DNA of 45,005 nt, from IMG/VR virus record IMGVR_UViG_3300010962_000004; one strand, given 5' to 3'. Below are positions 7,991-16,295 of the stretch, piece after piece. Origin of the DNA: a virus. Made by a program: the position numbers and the translations under genes. The notes under the pieces were generated by a model. It worked only from the letters and a program-made list of their open reading frames with translations. It ran no database searches and was not told the DNA's origin. Numbering within the stretch: the stretch's first letter is position 1; each line of letters starts with the position of its first letter.

Positions 7991-8685
7991 TCGTCCATCA
8001 CCTCATTCGGATATATCTCGCCACAAATCGGTAAATGTACTGGATATGTGTAATTTACCTTTTGTAACTCCAATGTTTTTTCTTGTATTTTCCCTGGCAT
8101 CCCTTCGCAATGGAAGGTTCCACAGATTGGTAAATAAATAGGGTATTGATATTGGTCTGACTCCAATTCGATATAGTGTGTTTGGGGCAATCGAATAGCC
8201 ACAAAATCTAACCAAGAACGTGTATTTTTATATTCTTTAATTAGGTTTCTTAATAAAAAAATGGTATCCTTCGAAAGTTCTGAAACGGTTACTTCTACTT
8301 TAAAGTGATAAGGCTCTCCCTCATATTGAAACCATTCAATTACTTCTCCAGGAAGGTTTAATGCTTCTAAAACTTTTTCGATAGCATAGGGCGTACCTTT
8401 CCTTCGATGAATGGCAATAGCTGACTGAATCAAATTAATTTTTTGCTGGCGTGTAATTGCAAGTGATAATCCTTCAGCCCAACCAATGTGCTTTTCCCAC
8501 AATAAATGATCTAAGATAGCCTCATCTACTTCATCTAAATTGAGCGTGTAGTTGATTTTAAAAGCCCAATTTAGCATCTGATCTAATGGCTGCTGTAATG
8601 CCTTTGCTAAGTTCTTCACTTTCTCGTCAACCAATAAATTATCTGGAATTTCCCTTAGAAGAGTGTTTTGTTTTAAATCAATCAT
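7984..8685 (-). CDS. Baseplate/tail protein, P2 gpI / XkdU-like
   Basis: Follows the J-like baseplate gene. N-terminal pattern LLREIPDNLLVDEKVKNLAKAL. Confidence 0.6.
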   Translation of the reverse strand: MIDLKQNTLLREIPDNLLVDEKVKNLAKALQQPLDQMLNWAFKINYTLNLDEVDEAILDHLLWEKHIGWAEGLSLAITRQQKINLIQSAIAIHRRKGTPYAIEKVLEALNLPGEVIEWFQYEGEPYHFKVEVTVSELSKDTIFLLRNLIKEYKNTRSWLDFVAIRLPQTHYIELESDQYQYPIYLPICGTFHCEGMPGKIQEKTLELQKVNYTYPVHLPICGEIYPNEVMDEW

Positions 8686-9796
8686 CTTCTACACCGCCGA
8701 ATACTACATTTTTTTGATTAAGGATGGCTACTTGTCCTTTGTTAATGACCGTAAATATAGGTGACCTGACATCTACACGTTTAGCACCAGCTCTTATGCA
8801 GTCACTAATCAATTTGGATGGATTAATGTCACGCCCAATTTTAGAGGATTGCCACTTTTCATATGCTTCAATAGCTTGTTCTACTCGTTGATGTATGAGC
8901 GTTTTATCTACTGCATTCGTTTCAATATAGTAAGTTACATCTAGATCATACATATTTGTTTCAGGTGCACCCACTGTCACAAAGTCAGTCAATGGTCGTA
9001 CTGCTCGATCATTCACTTTTTCATACACAGTATCGATAATTTCTTGTGTTGGTAATGCTCCATTTTGTAGTAAAACACTAATATTTACATAACCAGGTTC
9101 AGGAGAATCAACAAATATATCACTAATAAGAGCTGATGCAGATTTTGAAAAATATTCATATGCACCTGTAGAACCTGCGTTAGTTAATTTTTCAGGAGCT
9201 AAATAAATTCGCTGTCGGTAAGATTCCTCATCTTCTTCAAGTGATCCACCGGCTGAAACTGTAATATTTTCAACTCGATCTATATAGGGTAAGGGCTTTA
9301 CCAGGTTATTGATTTCACCGATAGCAAAACCATTTCCCTCCGGACCCTCAATTGTACATTTTAGTTCAATATCAACATATAAATCTGTGGTTTCTATAAC
9401 AGCATCATGTGTTGAAGCAAAAAAAATAGCCCCTTCGTTTGAAGTAGCTAATAATTCTCCCTTTTTAATGATTCTGGAGGACGAAAGGGATGTTGATAAA
9501 TGCATTCTTAAAGTTGTTTTAGATGCAGTGGCAACCAATATTGGCGTATCCCATTCGGCACCTTTATGCTTTAAAACATTACCTTTCGCATAATAAAGCA
9601 AGTTTTGTTTAGCTGCTTCATTAATCGCCACATTTTGTTTTGTAATCACAGATGCTAATGATAAAAAAATAAGCCTTAATGGATCGGCTTGCGCGAGTTT
9701 TCTTTCTTCTACTTGTTCATAGGTTGTAATAATATCATTAGCTAAATCATCTGGATTCGTTGATAAAAAGTTGATTTCAGGTAAAACAACTGTCAT
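8678..9796 (-). CDS. Baseplate J-like protein
   Basis: 372 aa between the gp25/W-like and gpI-like genes, which is the canonical W-J-I order. Confidence 0.75.
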   Translation of the reverse strand: MTVVLPEINFLSTNPDDLANDIITTYEQVEERKLAQADPLRLIFLSLASVITKQNVAINEAAKQNLLYYAKGNVLKHKGAEWDTPILVATASKTTLRMHLSTSLSSSRIIKKGELLATSNEGAIFFASTHDAVIETTDLYVDIELKCTIEGPEGNGFAIGEINNLVKPLPYIDRVENITVSAGGSLEEDEESYRQRIYLAPEKLTNAGSTGAYEYFSKSASALISDIFVDSPEPGYVNISVLLQNGALPTQEIIDTVYEKVNDRAVRPLTDFVTVGAPETNMYDLDVTYYIETNAVDKTLIHQRVEQAIEAYEKWQSSKIGRDINPSKLISDCIRAGAKRVDVRSPIFTVINKGQVAILNQKNVVFGGVEDD

Positions 9797-10119
9797 AACG
9801 TCACCCCATTTTTTAAACTAAAAATTAACGTTGGGTACGCTTGGCCATCTAGGTTTGCATTGAGTTTGATTTCCTCGACTAAAACACGAGGCTCGTACTT
9901 TTCCACTGTCTCTACCATTTCAGCCACTAATCGAGGGTGAATGGTATTCATGGGCTTATCAACAAAAGTGGCAAAAAGACCAAATTCACGAAAAAGAGGC
10001 ACAGAAAATTTAGTAGTACCAATTATCGTATTGATATTTTGGAAGATTTCCTCCAATACAGTAGATGGTCTGAAATTAATTTTTGAAGGATTGTAAGTAA
10101 GTGTATACTGTTCATTCAT
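9793..10119 (-). CDS. Baseplate wedge protein, gpW/gp25-like
   Basis: 108 aa. Contains IFQNINTIIGTTKFSVPLFREFG. Sits directly upstream of the J-like gene. Confidence 0.7.
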   Translation of the reverse strand: MNEQYTLTYNPSKINFRPSTVLEEIFQNINTIIGTTKFSVPLFREFGLFATFVDKPMNTIHPRLVAEMVETVEKYEPRVLVEEIKLNANLDGQAYPTLIFSLKNGVTL

Positions 10120-10505
10120 ACATATTCCTCCATTGTTACATTAATATCAGATGTTAATAAATTCCCTTGGTTATCAAAGTAATTCCACGTATCATCTACA
10201 TTTGGAATATACCATTTGTTCACACCGACTCGTTTATTACCAATGATTAGTGTATGAGCTACACCAGTCCTTAAATATTTAAAAAATTTATTTCCTTCTT
10301 CTCTTGGATTGACCCCATGGAATGCTGAAAAATGCATTGTAAAAGTGAGACTTCCTGGATTGATCCCTATAAATTCGGCTTTGGATTTCTGACAGTGTAT
10401 GTCATGTTTCGACCATCTAGCCGATTCACTCCGTTTAAAAGCATCAAATGTTTTAATGAAATCCACTGAGACTGTAAAAACGACATCCCCCCATGTACCA
10501 ATCAT
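10116..10505 (-). CDS. Hypothetical tail protein (possibly P2 gpU-like)
   Basis: 129 aa within the baseplate block. The family assignment is tentative. Confidence 0.45.
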   Translation of the reverse strand: MIGTWGDVVFTVSVDFIKTFDAFKRSESARWSKHDIHCQKSKAEFIGINPGSLTFTMHFSAFHGVNPREEGNKFFKYLRTGVAHTLIIGNKRVGVNKWYIPNVDDTWNYFDNQGNLLTSDINVTMEEYV

Positions 10506-10515
10506 TTAATCACTC

Positions 10516-10806
10516 CTAACCATTTACAATTACATCTGGACTGTGAGTATTGCCCATTTTTGAACCGCACGCTGTTAAATCATCCACACGACATAGAGAA
10601 CGACCATTTACAATAACATCTGGTGAACCAGTTGCTGCTACAGAATCATGACATGAAGATCCACAGCAATGCGTTTCCCAATGATCACCCAATCGATGAG
10701 CCCCTAAACCATTTATGATGACATCATTAGAGCCTTCATCATTTGGCCGGGGAACATGACAATCATGTCCTTTGCAAATATCTGTATGTCGAATTGCTTC
10801 TGGCAT
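10516..10806 (-). CDS. PAAR-domain spike-tip protein
   Basis: 96 aa, rich in Cys, His and Gly, with repeated xxVIxNG strands (DVIINGLGAHRLGD, DVIVNGRS, DVIVNG). Adjacent to the spike/gpV-like gene. Confidence 0.75.
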   Translation of the reverse strand: MPEAIRHTDICKGHDCHVPRPNDEGSNDVIINGLGAHRLGDHWETHCCGSSCHDSVAATGSPDVIVNGRSLCRVDDLTACGSKMGNTHSPDVIVNG

Positions 10807-10816
10807 TTAATCACCT

Positions 10817-11260
10817 CTAATTTAAGTAAATTTTCTTATCAGATTTTATGGTAATATCCTCTGTAGCTCTAATTTCAATGGAGCCTTGAATATCAATAAT
10901 ATACTTATGGTTAATAGAGTCATATTTAATAAAAGAACCATCAGGAAATTTAACGCCGTCCACATCTTCAGACGTTAAAAATTCATCATCTACTGTATCA
11001 ACTTCTGAATAAACACCTGCTAAAATATAACCTGTTTCATCACCATTTGAGGGAAACAGACAAATGACTGTTTGATTGACTTCAGGCATCCAGTAATGTT
11101 TGGTCTTTAACGTGTTAAAATTTAGTACTTTTAATTCGTTTGAAACCACATCGGAACGATCTTCAAAATAAACTCTGGCAGTTGCATTTTCCCGGTTGAT
11201 GGATGAAACGATTCCTACTTTGATGCTGTCAAAAGGCGTATCATGCATACTTTTTGCCAT
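10817..11260 (-). CDS. Baseplate assembly protein V / spike OB-fold protein (XkdR-like)
   Basis: 147 aa. Pattern WMPEVNQTVICLFPSNGDETGYILAGVYS. Sits after the gpD-like gene. Confidence 0.65.
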   Translation of the reverse strand: MAKSMHDTPFDSIKVGIVSSINRENATARVYFEDRSDVVSNELKVLNFNTLKTKHYWMPEVNQTVICLFPSNGDETGYILAGVYSEVDTVDDEFLTSEDVDGVKFPDGSFIKYDSINHKYIIDIQGSIEIRATEDITIKSDKKIYLN

Positions 11261-12270
11261 TAGTAACCTAACACCTCCCTCAAACTAATATTGGTTGTGT
11301 ATCCCCCTGTAACTTGATGATCACTTGATTCGATATAATACTTACCGCTAAATGCACCGAAATTTTCAAGCTTCACAGTAAGGCCTTGTATCAGACGTTC
11401 ATCCCCAAGCATTGTTAATTTACCTGTTTTGGACTTCTTATTTTTATTTCGCGCCTCTGCTCTTGCCCACCGTTTTGCTTCATCAATACTTTTTGCTCGT
11501 TTGTTGACTTTCAACGTTGGTCCTTTTTTGACACCTGGTACCTCATAGACATACTTAACAACCTTTTTCTTGGAATCATCGAAATAGGAGATTTCAACTT
11601 TTTGATACTGTTCTTCGGCAGCCGTTTCATTAAAATCATAGCCTTTTACATCCGATTCCCCTCGAGTAATTGTGCGAACTGTTGATTGGCTTTCATATTT
11701 TAAATCATCGTAAATGACAAGCTGTTCTGCAGTCACTTTAATTGATAAACCTTCTTTTTTGGTCACACGTTTTGCGAATGCTAAATCCGTTTCGCGTTTT
11801 TGTTCTACGCGATCATACGTAAAATTAGGTGCATCATATAATAATTTTAGACCAGCCGATGTCGCCACATCTCCCAAGATGGTTACGAGATCTGTATTTT
11901 CCCAAGCGCGAGTTTGTTCGGTGTCTTTCCCACCTTCATTAAATGGTACAGATAATGCTTTAATCGAAACTGTATCTGGTGGACCTTTAAAACCAACATC
12001 GTCAATATAAAAAGTGCCGCATTTTAATTGCGACACCTCTCCCTCTTTACGCCAATTTTCTAAACGAATAGCAGCTGTTATCCTATCTCCTTTACTTGGT
12101 AGCCATGGATTTTGCCATTTTCGATCACGGTCCTGCAAATCCAGTTGAATTTCATCACTTTTCCCCTCATTATCATTGAATTGAAATGATAATAAGTCAG
12201 GTGCTAAATCAGCTGTTATATCTTTACCTTTGTAGGAAATAACCGCAATGGCTCGTCTTGTATTTGTCAT
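11260..12270 (-). CDS. Late control D / baseplate hub protein (gpD, XkdQ-like)
   Basis: 336 aa, following the tape measure and gpX-like genes in the P2/PBSX order. Confidence 0.7.
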   Translation of the reverse strand: MTNTRRAIAVISYKGKDITADLAPDLLSFQFNDNEGKSDEIQLDLQDRDRKWQNPWLPSKGDRITAAIRLENWRKEGEVSQLKCGTFYIDDVGFKGPPDTVSIKALSVPFNEGGKDTEQTRAWENTDLVTILGDVATSAGLKLLYDAPNFTYDRVEQKRETDLAFAKRVTKKEGLSIKVTAEQLVIYDDLKYESQSTVRTITRGESDVKGYDFNETAAEEQYQKVEISYFDDSKKKVVKYVYEVPGVKKGPTLKVNKRAKSIDEAKRWARAEARNKNKKSKTGKLTMLGDERLIQGLTVKLENFGAFSGKYYIESSDHQVTGGYTTNISLREVLGY

Positions 12271-12274
12271 GTTC

Positions 12275-12481
12275 TCACCTCATCCATGGTGGTTTATCAT
12301 TACTTTCTTTGATAATTTCTAACTCCGGCATAACAAGCTCCACACCTGCAGGGAAAACAACGATATGCATATATTGAGGATTGGCATTCATGACTTGATG
12401 CATAACCATTTCAGTGCCATAGTGTTTGAAACAAATATAATCCCATTCATCACCTGAAATTGTTTTATATGTCTTAGCCAA
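12275..12481 (-). CDS. Tail protein X (gpX, LysM-like)
   Basis: AKTYKTISGDEWDYICFKHYGTE ... FPAGVELVMPEL. A TTG start at 12481 follows the Shine-Dalgarno site AGAGGAGG. Confidence 0.7.
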   Translation of the reverse strand: MAKTYKTISGDEWDYICFKHYGTEMVMHQVMNANPQYMHIVVFPAGVELVMPELEIIKESNDKPPWMR

Positions 12482-14093
12482 ATGACAACCTCCTCTCATT
12501 ACGTTGTATCTTCTCCAAGCGTGTTGCTAAATCATCTTTATCTCTATCAGCGTGTTGCTTCACTTTTTCAAGATCCTCAGGTCTTTGTACGTTGTATTGT
12601 GGAGAATACTGAATAATTAAATCTCCACCACTGTTATTATTTGATAATGCCTGTTCTGGTTGAATAACAGCATCTGGGGCGCTCGATTGCAATGTAACCT
12701 GTTGTTGAAGTTCATTTACTAAGCCATCTTTATTCAACATGCCAAGGGCTTGCCCAGTTTGTAGCCATAAATCTTTTGAACGCTGTGAGTTATTCCAAGG
12801 GATGACAGATTCAGTATCGCCACCTTCACCAATCCAAGCTAACTCAGGAGATGTAACAATACCACCGTCTGCGTATCCTCCAAGACCTAATGCATCCATA
12901 ACTCCACTTGCTGCAGATCGAATCGGTGCTGGTACCATGTCTGCAATAGCTCCTAAGACTGCGCTACCCATCGATTTAATACCCTCAATTAAACCATTAA
13001 TGATAGATATTCCAATATCATATAAGTTAATGCCCTGAAAGAAACCAATGATATTATCCATAATTGTTGTAGCTGTTTCTTTTATGATTTCCCATGCTCC
13101 AGACCAGTCACCCTGCAAAAGTGCCATCGCGGTTTGAATAATGCCAGTAATTAATGTAAGTGCATTTTCGATGACAAATTGAACAATAGGAAAAACTGCC
13201 TCTACAATTGAAAGTAACGATTTTATAGCTGGAATGATACCGTTTGTGAAAATTTCTGCAAGTGAGGAAATGAGCGATTTAATAATCGGTGCCGCTGTCT
13301 CAACAATCATTACAAGTGTTGGAAAAACTTTTTCCGCTGCAGAAATCAAAAGAGGTAGAACCATAGCTCCTAAATTTTTAATCGGTGTTGCCAAAGATTT
13401 AAAAGCTTCAATGACTTTTGGTAAGATTTCCGAAACAGTCGAACCAATCTGTGATACACCTGAAACGAATATATTTTTTAAAACATCTAACAAAGGTCCA
13501 ATTGCATTTCTAAACGTTTCTGACTTTTGATAAGCAAGGTATAATCCTGCGCCTAGCGCAACAAGTCCTGCCGCAACCAAAACAACTGGATTGGCCAACA
13601 TGGCTAGATTTAGGGTACGCATTCCTGCAGCCATTGCTTTTAGGATACCTTTTACTCCTCCGCCGTAAATTGAAAATGCTACCATAGCCGCACGATGGGC
13701 TCTATACAGCGTGATACTTGCTTTTTGGATGGCATTAAAGGAAGTTTGATAAGCTTTAACTGCCACCATTGCTCCTTTGTATGCACCAAAAGCTCCAACC
13801 ATACCTAAGACGGCAGGTCCAACAGACATTATTACACTTTTCGCTTTTCCGATTGCTCCTGGTAAGTTGTTAGATAGATAATTCGCAAAGGTGTTTAAAT
13901 AAGGCAGCACTGCATCACCAATTGGATAGACTAAATCCATAAATAAAATGCGCCCAATCCCACGAATTGCCGCATTAAATGAACTAAATTGTATTTTATT
14001 AACTGTTTCCATGGTTCCCTCAAAGCCCTGCATGGCTTCTGTTGATCCAAGCATGGCATACATGGCGGTGGCTTCTAAATCTTCCCACTTTGT
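12474..14093 (-). CDS. Tail tape measure protein, exon 2 (C-terminal part)
   Basis: Long Ala/Gly/Ile-rich helical protein typical of tape measures. The frame joins exon 1 to give GVGLFG|TKWEDLEA once the 250-nt element is removed. Confidence 0.8.
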   Translation of the reverse strand, partial: TKWEDLEATAMYAMLGSTEAMQGFEGTMETVNKIQFSSFNAAIRGIGRILFMDLVYPIGDAVLPYLNTFANYLSNNLPGAIGKAKSVIMSVGPAVLGMVGAFGAYKGAMVAVKAYQTSFNAIQKASITLYRAHRAAMVAFSIYGGGVKGILKAMAAGMRTLNLAMLANPVVLVAAGLVALGAGLYLAYQKSETFRNAIGPLLDVLKNIFVSGVSQIGSTVSEILPKVIEAFKSLATPIKNLGAMVLPLLISAAEKVFPTLVMIVETAAPIIKSLISSLAEIFTNGIIPAIKSLLSIVEAVFPIVQFVIENALTLITGIIQTAMALLQGDWSGAWEIIKETATTIMDNIIGFFQGINLYDIGISIINGLIEGIKSMGSAVLGAIADMVPAPIRSAASGVMDALGLGGYADGGIVTSPELAWIGEGGDTESVIPWNNSQRSKDLWLQTGQALGMLNKDGLVNELQQQVTLQSSAPDAVIQPEQALSNNNSGGDLIIQYSPQYNVQRPEDLEKVKQHADRDKDDLATRLEKIQRNERRLSFG

Positions 14094-14343
14094 CAATTTT
14101 GTTATCGTAAAGGCTTTTTATCCTCTACCTCTCACCGTTTCCAGTGAGTTCGGCATACATTTTCACTAATAATAGTGTCGTTCACTCGTGGAGGTATTTT
14201 ATTCTCGAATGATGAGTTTCAACCTCTATGCTCTACGGTGAGCCATGATTTTTAAGTCATGCTTTACCTCGGTATTAGCATATTTCATTAAACTTAGCCT
14301 TCACCGATTTTGAACGATTTTAATTCGGCACAATTTATCATCT
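14094..14343 (-). ncRNA. Candidate ORF-less group I self-splicing intron interrupting the tape measure gene
   Basis: The 5' exon end AUUCGGU (14350-14344) pairs with the intron's GCCGAAU (14329-14323), with a U-G wobble at the splice site (P1). The adjacent UUGU (14333-14330) pairs with the exon 2 start ACAA (P10). The element ends in G at 14094. In-frame stops (aga tga taa) follow the break. A 7-bp hairpin with a GAAA tetraloop lies at 14131-14148. Confidence 0.7.
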
Positions 14344-15192
14344 ACCGAATAACCCTACACCAATTTGATTAGCAGCTACCTGGTCATCCATACTTTGTAA
14401 CTCGGCCACTACGGTACTTGCTACATCGGCAACTGTACCTTTACCTTTTAAGTAATCTTTCCAAACTTTTTGAGTCTCTTTTGAAAGATCACCCATAGCA
14501 TCACTTGTGGCTTTAGAACCGTCCTTAGACCTAATCTGGAACTCTTTCATGACGTCATTCACATAATCAAGATTGTAAACACCAGCTTTTGCACCACGTT
14601 CTAAAATGCCAAAATACTCCTCAGCACTATAGCCCATTTCTCCAAACAACGGTGCATACTCGGCCACATTATCAAGCATTTCATCAGAAAAATTAAGACC
14701 TCTTTGCGCGCCTGCTGCAAAAAGGTCCATTGCTGTTGTTGAGCTAATACCAAAGCTACTCATCATATTATTAGCTGCTCGTGTTACCTCGTTTATATCC
14801 TCATCAAATGTTTTAGCAAAGGATAGCGCTTGTCCTGTAAATTGCTCTAAATCGGCATCACTCAGCTCATGCATGTTTTGTTTAACTTTAGCTAATGCCT
14901 CTGTAACTTCTCCAAAATCCTCACCATAATTATTACGAAATAAATTTTCTGCTGTGCTTTTTAAGTCTTCAAAATCATCACCAATTAAACCTGTTTGAGC
15001 TGATAAAGTCGATAGTTCTTGACTCATGTCTGCAACTTGCGATATAGCACTCCCTAACGCTGCAGCACCTCCTAGAGCAGCTGCGGCACCACCTAACATT
15101 TTCATCATGCCACTAGCACTATTAAAAGTACTTGTGAAGCTACTCGTTAGCTCAGCACCCAATTTAAAAGCAATATCAAATACTTTAGACAC
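14344..15192 (-). CDS. Tail tape measure protein, exon 1 (N-terminal TP901-type core)
   Basis: GTG start after the Shine-Dalgarno site GGTGAGGTGA. Contains GISSTTAMDLFAAGAQRGLNFSDEM and similar tape measure core patterns. As an unspliced ORF it would end at 14338. Confidence 0.8.
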
Positions 15193-15203
15193 TAACTTTC
15201 ACC

Positions 15204-15751
15204 TCACCCATTAGGATTTTTATTTGCTTTGGCGGCTGCTTTTGCAAATTCAATGGTTTTTTTCCAGGCAAATAATCTTCGAATTGTTAACCTCATATAA
15301 AAATCGACTGATGTTTCACTATTATTCGCACAGTATAAACAAATCAGTCGAATGGTATGAGCTGGTTCACGATTTATTTGCCACTTAGTAAAAAAAGTGA
15401 GGTGCGTGTTGTGATTTTTGCATAATCTGGAGCTGATAAAGATCGGATTAAATCAACATGTACCTTTGCTGCTTTCGCTGCTACGATTGCTAAAAACGGC
15501 TTAGACATTTCTTTGACCATCACTATGGAGTTTTGCAGATTTTCCGCATTAAATTGCGCTTCGGCTTTTTCAATATCTGTACCCGTCATTTCTTCAAAGT
15601 CTAATACAATTTCATTAAAGGTTTCACCCTCAAAAACTACTGGACGTTTTAGTGAAATCACATTTTCATTTTTCAATGCATCTTCACTAACCACTTTTTC
15701 TAATGCGTTTTCGTTAATAACTTCTACTTGTTTTATATCCTTTTTAGCCAT
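15204..15751 (-). CDS. Tail assembly chaperone, -1 frameshift extended product (gpE+E'-like)
   Basis: From the slippery site, the -1 frame stays open for 61 codons (TKWQINREPAHTIRL...AKANKNPNG). It stops at 15204-15206, just before the tape measure start. Confidence 0.65.
15374..15751 (-). CDS. Tail assembly chaperone (gpE / gp41-like), frame-0 product
   Basis: 125 aa between the tube and tape measure genes. It ends shortly after a U UUU UUA slippery site. Confidence 0.75.
   Translation of the reverse strand: MAKKDIKQVEVINENALEKVVSEDALKNENVISLKRPVVFEGETFNEIVLDFEEMTGTDIEKAEAQFNAENLQNSIVMVKEMSKPFLAIVAAKAAKVHVDLIRSLSAPDYAKITTRTSLFLLSGK
15389..15396 (-). promoter_or_regulatory. Programmed -1 ribosomal frameshift slippery sequence (T7A, read as U UUU UUA)
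   Basis: A run of seven T on the sense strand within codons ctt ttt tta. This is the conserved position for the tail chaperone frameshift. Confidence 0.65.
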
Positions 15752-15762
15752 TTCAAAGCCTC

Positions 15763-16281
15763 CTATAATCCAACATTTTTACGTACTTGTTCAAGTTCAT
15801 CTTTACCATTTACGATGGATACACAGTTAAACTTGTCAAATTCACGGATTGTTTTTCCATCTATCATAATTTTGATATAGTGCACTTCAAATTCATTAGC
15901 TGTTTCTGTAGATGCACCTACAGCTAACTTACCAGGACTAAAATTAATCGGTACACAGCGCGTTTTAATGACAACAGGTTGCTGCACATACTCCCCTTTG
16001 CCAGTATCAAACAATTGCTGATTCGCTCGAAAATCAATGGTATGTGCTTTTGATTCAGAAAGAACTATCGCATCTTTTGTAATCGTTCTCCAACTGATTT
16101 TTAATGTTTGAGAACCGTAGTGACCCACTACAGGTGCAGTTGCCTCTCCTGCAATCCCTGCACCTTTTATTGTTTCTGTAAGAGCTTCAAAGGATGGTAG
16201 TTCCACTTCACCAGTACCTAAATACTCTGTGGCATCTTTCCAAACCGTATATTGCGTTAAAAATTGATCTTGTTGGTTCAT
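15763..16281 (-). CDS. Tail tube protein (P2 FII-like)
   Basis: 172 aa, immediately downstream of the sheath gene. Confidence 0.75.
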   Translation of the reverse strand: MNQQDQFLTQYTVWKDATEYLGTGEVELPSFEALTETIKGAGIAGEATAPVVGHYGSQTLKISWRTITKDAIVLSESKAHTIDFRANQQLFDTGKGEYVQQPVVIKTRCVPINFSPGKLAVGASTETANEFEVHYIKIMIDGKTIREFDKFNCVSIVNGKDELEQVRKNVGL

Positions 16282-16295
16282 TTAGTACTCCTCCC

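Noticed and set aside
14094-14343. Tape measure gene as a pseudogene broken by a nonsense mutation, or as two naturally separate genes
   Set aside because: The break is a 250-nt insertion-like segment rather than a point mutation. The downstream part lacks a credible start and Shine-Dalgarno site. The flanks show precise P1/P10 guide pairing with an in-frame join. An intron is the better explanation, but it is unproven.
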